Positions 60,101 through 64,000 of a stretch of DNA of 64,000 nt are shown piece after piece (the stretch's first letter is position 1; the number at the start of each line of letters is the position of its first letter). Made by a program: the position numbers and the translations under genes. Origin of the DNA: an uncultured virus (IMG/VR IMGVR_UViG_3300021197_001722) (lineage: Duplodnaviria > Heunggongvirae > Uroviricota > Caudoviricetes); IMG/VR virus record IMGVR_UViG_3300021197_001722, one strand, 5' to 3'. Below the pieces are notes generated by a model that was given only the letters and a program-made list of their open reading frames with translations, was not told the DNA's origin and searched no databases.

Positions 60101-61922
60101 CAGAACCGTCATTGTTAATAGCAGCAAAGTAATTATGCCTACCGTATATTTTCTTTACATTATCTATAAGACCAAATCTATTGTAGTTAGAGTCTGCTCC
60201 GTATTCTTTTTGACCCCAAGCTACAACACTGTCATTTGTCTTTATGGCAGCAAAAGCCTTTTTTGTTGCACTTACGTCTGTTATATTTCTTAGATCGACA
60301 TATCCTTTGTTTGGCGTTAAGGTTGTCAGAAGTTCCCCATTAGCATTATAAATACCAGAAACACCACCGGTTATTCGTCCAATGTCTGAATATGGAAAGG
60401 CTCGTCCGTCACCCCCTAAAGCCACAAAAGAATTACTATTTGCAAATATCTTAGTAACATTTGTAAGATTACTGACATCACGATCAGACTCTTGTTTTAC
60501 ACCACCCCAAGTAAAAACAGTACCGTCCGATTTTAGGGCAGAAAAACCAAACTCACAAGCACTTACATCTTGTACATTTTCTAAAATATTATTGAGTGTG
60601 GTTATCTTACCACCAATATCAGGATCGCCCCAAGTAACAAGCGTGTTATCTTCAACAAGCCCGCAAAATGCGTCAGACACTCTAGCGTTTTTAGAGTATC
60701 CATTATATAAGAATGGTACTTCGCCATCAACTAACGCATCTGAACCAAAAGTAAATCTCTCAGTGCTTGTGCAAAATAACTGACTGTAACCTTCTATTTT
60801 TTCCAGAGCTTCTTCGTAAAATTCATCGTAGCTGTACAAAGTCGTACCGATGACAACAACTTCATCATCATTCCGTTCAACTATAAAGTTTTCAGGGCAG
60901 CGAAAATCATTTTGCGTATAGTTTCTATCGTATGACGACGGGTTTTCTACTTTTTTTGTTAGTGGATCATAACCAACTGGATCAGTTCTAACGTAGTTGC
61001 GATCTATTTCATTAAATGTCCAAATCTTTACTCTACCATTGTTTGGATAGATACTATCTTCTTCTTGGTTTGACACAGCAACAACTGTACCGTCTGCGTT
61101 TAAAGCCAAACCGCCAAAGAGAATACTAGTACCTTCAGTAGAAAAATCAATAAAACCAGTGGCTATCTTTGCACTAAGACTCCATTCGTCATCGTCATCC
61201 TTCTTGTAAATAGCGACATAAACCTGCGGGTTTGTAGGTTGATCTTCAAAGGTTTCATCTTCACCAATTCTCCAGTCTGGAAATCTACTTTTATATGCAT
61301 CGCAGTCATCAAAATTTTCTGCATTTACACCAAACTCAGCGTTACCAAGCTCATTGAAATAAGCAAATGCGTAAACCTTACCGTCCTTACTAAACCTAGC
61401 GTCTAGAAGTTTTGGGGTTCTACCGCCAACACCGACATCAAAATTTGCAATTTTATAAGCTAATTCAAAATCTTTTACGTTGTCTTGCTTAATTAAATCT
61501 GGCGATGCGATAAGAAGCTCGTCGCCAATCTGACCGTCTAAATAGTTTGGATCAACACTTAGTCTGTATTCTATTTCGGCAGAGCCTCTATTTACAAGAT
61601 AATCTAAAATCTCTTCATTAAGTTGTCCGGGTTCGTCTTCACATTTGTCATAGCTGTAGCCATAACTATTATATGGTGAGCATATCTGTATGTCAATAGG
61701 GTCTATGCAAACATCATAAATTGGACCCAACCCTTTAGCGCTATCAATAGATAACAAAGGTAGGCACTTTTTATAAAATTCCTTAATCGGAGATCTTAGT
61801 TGATGTTTTGACTTAACCTTCGCATCACGCACGTTCATCTTTAGGGACGGACGAGCGTTTATAATACCAACACCATTTGGTTGTGCGGTATCAGCCTTAC
61901 ATCCACAAGTAATTTCTATCAT
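45144..61922 (-). CDS. Giant 5592-aa virion/adhesin-like protein with FG-GAP-like and RCC1-like propellers and a LamG-like domain
   Basis: FGYS/FGWS..VGAP repeats; AFAA.K....V..WG...GG repeats; LDDVRVFSRILT. Uninterrupted 16.8-kb ORF directly after the tape measure gene. Confidence 0.8.
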   Translation of the reverse strand: MIEITCGCKADTAQPNGVGIINARPSLKMNVRDAKVKSKHQLRSPIKEFYKKCLPLLSIDSAKGLGPIYDVCIDPIDIQICSPYNSYGYSYDKCEDEPGQLNEEILDYLVNRGSAEIEYRLSVDPNYLDGQIGDELLIASPDLIKQDNVKDFELAYKIANFDVGVGGRTPKLLDARFSKDGKVYAFAYFNELGNAEFGVNAENFDDCDAYKSRFPDWRIGEDETFEDQPTNPQVYVAIYKKDDDDEWSLSAKIATGFIDFSTEGTSILFGGLALNADGTVVAVSNQEEDSIYPNNGRVKIWTFNEIDRNYVRTDPVGYDPLTKKVENPSSYDRNYTQNDFRCPENFIVERNDDEVVVIGTTLYSYDEFYEEALEKIEGYSQLFCTSTERFTFGSDALVDGEVPFLYNGYSKNARVSDAFCGLVEDNTLVTWGDPDIGGKITTLNNILENVQDVSACEFGFSALKSDGTVFTWGGVKQESDRDVSNLTNVTKIFANSNSFVALGGDGRAFPYSDIGRITGGVSGIYNANGELLTTLTPNKGYVDLRNITDVSATKKAFAAIKTNDSVVAWGQKEYGADSNYNRFGLIDNVKKIYGRHNYFAAINNDGSVSTWGNIEQQAEDGNDITLFPWYEAGKTGLNIDPSQPTRNEDAPDSFFSSFDSSVASELSLASQEVASRDKKKYVDIISNPYASVALREDGFITAWGDSMHGGRPFKDVNRIEEDGISVFFQLSFAGNTITATDSETTFPYSAGQSIRIKSSNEYGDGDYIIVQNNVGSLVVTNLDGTTPSFETRANSKFATIVGITVVNVGGKAVENDYISFASKNDFKDIKSVISNYYSFAALKTNNTVLTWGRKGFGGESPNFYLADGETISSIYSSVFAYAALTSEGKVKAWGKKEFGGDVTFNVASSDGDTSLEDPENKVTAIHSGRVGFIAIREDKSVVVWGDKSLSYGIKIVGPEAVGIFGRRADYGLGYSIDLDYDGENIVIGNKKKTFLNNAFPGSVKVFQRGNLSSKWKRIGNTIRNTLFRNDGRIGFGRNVKINYDGSKIVAHRLAKKLVPVSPGSNETKQDIRDSVAIYSFVGNNWQIQDSIFFPEGHDRSIPFVSNDDWALKVNNFISIDASGSTLALGTPASGSIHGNTSNGEVNIYTLGSDGNYFLDATLKNSPLISGDNQKQTSGVFDDWTASTLLGENLSLSANGESLLISRRDGAVVYDKSPGYGAGSWQEKTRIHQYDNPKYPTYFHADQIFTTQTRIMSAHMSSGGEYVSTTFLGANTTDQNHYAHNVYTINGTDDRQDYDFLNTSYLSHFSSTIQESGEYSQYLFTNDGSLFNGQTSKEYGKFQSIALGEKGDLEKMSFTFWSDVNKRSSSRILKWGRLSINMAVNSIQSDTKRNVIVSFVDSTSLFTKSFKKFTVPIEEYNDLFHFSVLYDKDSKYVSLYIAGELHEQISANNIPDFSLADPIHSSIGGFSKTDHQKQILDDVRVFSRILTNNEIFKLANHRKIASRTDTYAYDINSAKGNCFEFEFVKGSYQDIAISEFCTQVDFTDDCGRVLDTECNVDAEVKFCFFTGAPRITYVKNLNRKERTKPPQVPVDVDLDGVVIPVDDSIDIIREDPECLYDALENFFIVGDTPPQTSPNGDEFHVRASGMFDKLLLNAVLAPTGEYSGVGEIFPLPALDYNLIHVFEPEGEISSRWLDKANGDFVDWNATNILYPIFDSGNDLFVNEIGISGNSDIVTRYKANPLSITPLESGYLFLDENNQPQVTGVLFHSIDEGVFTGGDYTVGDVRIADDVESFIQASSVNTEFDGSVRFEVTRPKSVPYDTRLRMRISGPVQNFESEISPKFYFSNVRFDDPSGNLITKYEDFEFIGDSNQYDEDPGYTTYSLAPEINNSRKYQWQDGYPSFDEPSGYTISFDVRSEDRGRPYGPLSAFTFGFEGDLDPQRGDELHDNFYAQSGYNPTLRMSALEIYNSGRPVPFREMFLEMFALGEPTGKRFERIIKPTFFFENDFDTTIYPELSGLASLSGWMWQDNTYEYSNRNCEGSNQLLSIIRNESSGSWITSNSAINYQDSGKLILKFGLGDNDDYYLYDPGEFNGAFASIFNRWFDPVQKIYNREEREYPVQDSFFEFDRVVLRVLANKNADARNYSLDLVGYSNDCILNSTSPTGGFLQNTSGEFVYNYATESLDEYYPQGNIPTFSGFNPVDDLGLSTEAISDKLQYFETNLTNNAGADHYSVSNYPVVSGTEFRWYEIALQVYNDDVDLGRSRNYSLSSLLEELYIDLYALPSGANIAAIELAVRHRPTAAMEMRTAGGPNRRSQTGRSEISFYPVARSGNDNTFNTGSGYQPLSLIQDIPHAYASPATVKTNYSRRWRGLYGIGLGAFDIREFTYAYDRGRKLKRPLLGSFINWSDITDSAPTQVKLNSKFAWENKSANFTEAGTPTSPQVFENYGARFKNQNMFSTLKPGWSSDYRTADWTALTNGGLNYTSDPLYGKIYDGYDRVVRFGNKTSAFYSNVNVASGAALYARFIPDVNVSGEGQDNFFDCSTIAKLDMASSPALSGLVIGYSGGYLFASGQNLTSNAVCTDTIPFSGYSYPLSFLVTYSENLDEKIRIYTDNENSEGDFTHLRATSSSIKLLDTQEALRFGYANGDVSGLPMLLSEFGFSHMIDSVSGANIVSSNAVLNDKQITAERFFNNIRQKFWNPGESYHNDTNKFWSYVDENTAISPSADWYLGAFRACEFNWQYDSMNNQQVGKRYYNPDEDDQLNFYISHDGSAYSPDIAMPSSVNSGVAYHSQIENDFLRFPLSDTADNFYSTDKRIAKSLPRGYNFRESALVVDTVYEHKSSGNIQWADCIEKSGPKLIVSLYTKNQEPYYTTDDPNWGLINRKSHFIAASSCLEMFQSTFTYDDYCDDSEEWALFPEERKLTEATEKYFSDDIDDMFVQVDLVYPSGPAFTSELDIHAIHVRTEEAWIKPTKASGDLGVVMSGANLNATALDLYTSGVLGIESGVLGFITSGMVPESGSGMLFCIMSGAFIENQSLGLITKNSKFISTDDDEFSGFGSMWNEFDYEPFIVGSSPVKGLQMLTAGRVPPVPVEDSGILKFYMDGFGFEEEKLPLVVYNAEILPKLTENLNLSTFGSNVGTSGTRSKVSLYLLNDDETFNNFGDASGNINLATFGVAQAFNNLPEAIMPLYIIAPLETSISAVMPLVIDNRAIPIAASADMGMFVRNNGVKGEANVPGDSTFLWDGDNYGTGTDVDDEPFITLAPNDEIRGVDLFGYGNCDGNSPDKAIDPKFETDGVVWREEVCNDGGIFRPTNVYTNQEAGYENQYYGVRRYDDLKPNRPYFVEMTVKTGDPTPIPVPREFEEWEYGICGSGTIQNECCTPDCDQPLNYSGIKLIGDYPYLSGDISITPEFQIESGRQAGDRYGFSSCADGDLIAVGAPFHKVQDETGSLVDDAGAVFLYRRNEEENGKKANWYLEEKLLLPSGTRRDYIQQEIGTIVSYPGTPPLTIGGKKWAIGQEGRQFGHSIDIGNDGQKEVVVVGAPSAKWTRTFPEVVTSGIPVLMTIFTDKFSYNKEKLLQIRNVASKYDLLYKFFAAPWIVTPPDEKWQPELDIRLLICQLYDSDNIDDLPNVPNNKQGRGAAPAWFNHVYVNSLTDKQRENEDLLSEGLGLVKNKFAEIFPHNDSKIYSGIPPILGFFGDDTLSTNNKAAYEDILDDFIDYYNEYSLASGVYDFIDDEASAGYVRKVFDDAFVWNEASVNLIQDTLDTGNLIATDNLRFITSGVGQQFARDDAANFQIPPESGGRVFVFEKEYGDWNCVQEFVSPLEDFTPLEDDDSYDGNLLYEEGNPVDRYGHSVGISENCEIISVGSPYSQEVCQVFERDDTETTRMYQVMFDWLTETNDAVEYPLQHLLDRWNQLIATSGTIETAKQVYKEMTKKDRFLLRKNKSIKLYDKIYKYHYTDIPYTGTWNIIVNEFAGFSRLGYSTSVSEDGKTVAFGAPTDSFNEFDDMNVWYGGLTGTAYPENNTWASYVNAGAVRVFGSRSFHNHNKAVEFYKFGNLDRSVNKQKLVDAGDVDAYEDLGNWYALDGVGFERTEFSDIEIPKDAGLAYIITPEIDAASDEIIDNIKTWLARGDRTLVLVGNDPIWKQGGMYKKSNDIINKILKKLGSRMRISAARNQFESLYAGISEQEIGDSKFNVTLAHLPQYMHESDAIRENMYASGVADIKIDLSDVGLEDLKIYSPCDPEDPDAPDRCIPPIQHSGDLRSEWHTGCFDKIEFFTNWAFHFDTANPGQNCKFYPEIVKPEVVKPNEEITPVLTAAEYIPQKDIIIPAKSGEEERCTTRLSGIIRTTTTTETTIYNFGNPVGDAQFYILDKDDVADGIFDNYERKFFENPAKENDRDALLRGTGIDWAEEATLENVKVSDVSPYVTEETYTEEETSKVYLIASQLPENSWSMGTRFGDQFDPRNKDQNIAFYNNLSMIDCGNRARISQLGGWTGRESFKAAFDDSVVKTVLENQGHIVNQNVVYDNESVIPEAVSVLWIASPTAVIPESYVAPIKNWMKLGNKKIVITYDRQQQIADNTAKTIDRLGFTTKPWLLDNLGSYYVQDTDQLKNSALSSCCPVDPDTTPMVIYSGTNLIDGCPEGYSWTGSTIISSTKVDKLSAIPNTADPQTLNDSEVDPEGDGFNGYAYIPIKPGSNTATIIELKDPVFDKKWSTPDTYWKIDGESTMTFPVNSGSGYRLFVDWVSETDNEKFEVLFNLDDDNVVFTAGPPEDQEGETSPNSSKRLGKTKKYQPQRHFVDFRVKNDKEDITVTFDTNEWKQIRPEQFDGDRPYTPRILQVSGMYLPIESEVISKDTIIEKKVYITECSGVPWYIPGRTITVPAVFRPISTNHQKYCNPNAETCLEFDPTLDVEDGPMIVADELEHFSSFDTGLRRSRIVLVTDSSMIQGFNSHYRSGPESPNVRLIRSLYPQSPDRSYYSHEDVSTSKKGTRFEFNQKLRSPENGSAAKYYANSGNQYLVEMYGLGGVAGNLNEYTDQEDNFVLSDVERRFTPFEKIKIDQEIERFGEEVVPDFGIYPRYSGNFYDESLGEITHWVDSDIMGGVPRFMEANDRDYLDIETIESGYVGDLFGYAIDLYKDKLIVGAPFNAYNSTGVVSWSGISAAYDASDVGSGLKLSGRGGPGSAFFFSKTGRGTNAVSEFLPWEFGQKIKPADSLQVGVDNATSGDLTSAKGSHALTDAFASGFAWRPDMFGWSVSVESDFAAVGAPNHDYETLYDNIYYGNTAFIRKEFSKAFTIPGREYYDLGDPANRNNFTGSGEMILNNGAVFTFRHSVDNYQNRNKTWNFAEKLVAQGYNDRVAGSPPTSGAENDMFGYSVCLNRANRGDSDYVMIVGAPYHIHPTSGNHTSIEISGAGSAYTYDAMLREQPDQIPVGGNYIMPRVYGDGSSLSGLFYQNTSGLPITYTVSGLINSSAGGHIFLEVSGYDPADIGFTTQRPYIESVFGEYISGTGINDELGLFVAGKEAQASSIMPLFVYNSGEMIVGSTSYFWNSEDLENVNGSVGLFTSGIANQHSVLNFKTKGK

Positions 61923-63998
61923 CTATACAGTTCTCTCTAGTTGTCCTAATTGATTTAATTGAATTTCGGAAACAACCGCATTTAATACGACTTCTTTTGT
62001 AGCATCGGTAAGTTCCGAAAGCATAGGTCCAATAACGTTTACATCAACTCTAGTTGGGGATAGGTTTACACTTAATTTCATATTTGCTAATTGTTGTACG
62101 CTTTGTGAGAAAGTTCCAAACGCGCCGCCAAGCTGACTGATAGCTTGACTCATACCATTAATAAAATCTCCCATTCCGGCAGTCACTTCGCCACCTTGGT
62201 TGTAATAACCAACAGATCCACCTTTTGACATAGCTGCTGGCGCTCCGTTTGGAGTAGTATCGCCACCGTTCATAGATCTTAATATTTGTAGATTGTTGCC
62301 ACGTTGTACCGCAGAACGATTTACAACAAATTCTCCGGGCGTCAACATAGCTGGTACTGTGTCTGTTCCTTTGGGGACAAACATTCCGCGAGAAGCATAA
62401 ATTGTTCCTCCCTTAGCTCTTCTAACCGACAAATTCCGAGTCTGTTCAAATTGGTTGTTTCCGTTAAACATACTTCCGCCTACGGACTGACCAATTTGCT
62501 CTCCGGGTTGCTGTCTGCCAAAATAAATACCCAAAGCCGAATCTGACTCCTGCCTGAAGCGATTTGGATCTGCCAATGCTGCGTCTGCCTCTGCTTGTGC
62601 TGCGTCACCAAGTCTTTTTTCCTCTGCTGCTTTTGCTGCTTTTTCTGCTTCTTCTCTTGCTTTTCTGTCTGCTTCTACCTTTGCTGCTGCTGCTTCTGTT
62701 TCTTTCTTTTTAGCGTTAAATTCTGCTTGTTGTTCAGCCGCTTTGTTTTGGGCTGTTTCTAAGGCTTGTTTTCCAAGTGTCTCTAAATTTTCAGCCGCAG
62801 TCAAGCTTGCTTCCGCCAATCTAACCCCCGCATCACCACTTTGAGCAATAATTTGAGCATACTCAATAGCCTCTGCTTGAAGAGCTTGAATTTCTGATGA
62901 AGTTCCTGCTGCGGAATCCGCAAGACCAGAGCTAAGACCAAGGGCTTCTAGTTGAGGTTTAGCGGCACGTTTTTCTTCATCCGTTAAAGACCCAAAGCCT
63001 GCTGCAACAGCCTCTCCACCGAGTGCTTGCAGGGAGGCGGTGTCACCACTCCTAAACGCACTAGCTGCAATAGAGGCATTAATATTTTCAGCAAACTTAG
63101 CTACGTCTCCAGCTAAAAGAGCTTGAGCGGCATCTTGCTCTAATTTTAATCTTTGTTTTGCAGCAGCAATTTCTTGTTGATATATCTTAACTCGCTCTCT
63201 CGCGTAAGTTAAAATTTCTGCGTTTTGAGAATTTAATTTTTGCTGGTTTGCTTCTACTGCTGCTCTGTCTTGACCCCCAAGGGCAGCACCTCCAGTCGCT
63301 GATAATGAAGCTACATTGTTTTGTTGAGCAAGAGAATTAAAAGCTAGAGTGTTTGAAAGTGAACCTGCGTCTTGCGCGTTAATACCAGTAGCTCTTAACC
63401 TGCCAGCAGCAAGGTTTGCCTGATCGCCACCACTAAGTTGTTTTCCAGAAAACTCAGCTATAAGTTTTGCAGCTTCTCTTTGTGCATTTGCACTACTCAA
63501 TTGCGCAGCAACCAATTGTTGTTCTGCGACTATTCTTTTCTTGGTTAGATCCAGTAAAGAACTCTGAGCATTTACTATATTATCTATGAGAGGACCAAGT
63601 TCTTTAAATACTTCCCCGCCCTTTTCTTCAATAATTTTGAATAGTTCATCTAAATTACCATCACTAATTATTTTCTCAACAGTGTCCTTATCTAATTTAA
63701 TATCTCCTAAAGCTTCTTGTATAATCTTTTTGGATTCTGGACCCATGTTTTCTGTCAAGGTGTCAGTAAGACCACTTATTAGTTCCTTCGGATTTGCATC
63801 ATCAATTTCTCCAGTTATCAACTTGCTTCTAAATTCTTCTAATGCGGGACCAGCACCTTCAGAAGCTTCTCTTAAAGCAGTAATCGTTTTTCTAATTTTA
63901 CTAAGTTGCTCTCCACCGCCAAAAGCTTTTAAGTCTTTTTCTACAGTGCTTAGTGCATCGTTAAAAGCTTTGTCGTCAACAGTAGCGCCAGTTGCAGC
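61923..63998 (-). CDS. Tape measure protein, C-terminal part (5' end lies outside the window)
   Basis: Ala/Gln/Glu-rich helical sequence with the AKGG..GTDTVPAMLTPGEFVVN motif. The frame stays open from 63821 to the window edge. Confidence 0.85.
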   Translation of the reverse strand, partial: AATGATVDDKAFNDALSTVEKDLKAFGGGEQLSKIRKTITALREASEGAGPALEEFRSKLITGEIDDANPKELISGLTDTLTENMGPESKKIIQEALGDIKLDKDTVEKIISDGNLDELFKIIEEKGGEVFKELGPLIDNIVNAQSSLLDLTKKRIVAEQQLVAAQLSSANAQREAAKLIAEFSGKQLSGGDQANLAAGRLRATGINAQDAGSLSNTLAFNSLAQQNNVASLSATGGAALGGQDRAAVEANQQKLNSQNAEILTYARERVKIYQQEIAAAKQRLKLEQDAAQALLAGDVAKFAENINASIAASAFRSGDTASLQALGGEAVAAGFGSLTDEEKRAAKPQLEALGLSSGLADSAAGTSSEIQALQAEAIEYAQIIAQSGDAGVRLAEASLTAAENLETLGKQALETAQNKAAEQQAEFNAKKKETEAAAAKVEADRKAREEAEKAAKAAEEKRLGDAAQAEADAALADPNRFRQESDSALGIYFGRQQPGEQIGQSVGGSMFNGNNQFEQTRNLSVRRAKGGTIYASRGMFVPKGTDTVPAMLTPGEFVVNRSAVQRGNNLQILRSMNGGDTTPNGAPAAMSKGGSVGYYNQGGEVTAGMGDFINGMSQAISQLGGAFGTFSQSVQQLANMKLSVNLSPTRVDVNVIGPMLSELTDATKEVVLNAVVSEIQLNQLGQLERTV

Positions 63999-64000
63999 AG

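Noticed and set aside
62570..62760. GCT/TCT-rich low-complexity tract
   Set aside because: Explained by the Ala/Glu/Lys-rich helix of the tape measure protein.
1..64000. Short antisense or alternate-frame ORFs in the track (e.g. 937..1206, 14340..14723, 30427..30804, 54195..54659)
   Set aside because: They lie within long, motif-bearing genes and show no recognisable motifs, so they are treated as shadow ORFs.
1..64000. CRISPR array, tRNA, rRNA, DGR or IS element
   Set aside because: Intergenic gaps are all under about 70 bp. No repeat-spacer pattern, cloverleaf, reverse transcriptase or transposase was seen.
1..64000. Eukaryotic giant virus (NCLDV) origin
   Set aside because: Shine-Dalgarno sites, sigma70 promoters, overlapping operons, DnaE and a tape measure gene all indicate a bacteriophage.
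1..64000. Stop-codon reassignment
   Set aside because: The standard bacterial code gives near-complete coding density, and TAA, TAG and TGA all end genes. The dnaE break is not a read-through because two complete genes intervene.

Overview
This 64 kb AT-rich, densely coding window looks like part of a large (probably jumbo) tailed phage genome, arranged as two convergent arms that meet at a pair of terminators near 31.3 kb. The + arm (1-31290) is a glycan-biosynthesis island of about 25 genes: GT4, GT2, GT10-, GT32- and GT47-like glycosyltransferases, several SAM methyltransferases, a sulfotransferase, UDP-galactopyranose mutase, perosamine synthase-like and ColD-like PLP enzymes, GDP-fucose/colitose synthase and a PRTase-HAD fusion. 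Embedded in it is a replication module whose DnaE (Pol III alpha) is split into two genes with no intein or intron. A DEDDh exonuclease and an endonuclease VII gene sit in the break, and an SSB follows. The arm ends with a Vsr/DUF559-like nuclease and a Sak/Rad52-like annealing protein. The - arm (31354-64000) is a virion/tail module with the C-terminal part of a tape measure protein, a 5592-aa multi-propeller protein and several other large structural proteins. A DUF1501-like C-terminus at the left edge hints at a Planctomycetota host. CCWGG appears to be avoided across the whole window. All family calls come from motif recognition by eye; no database searches were run.
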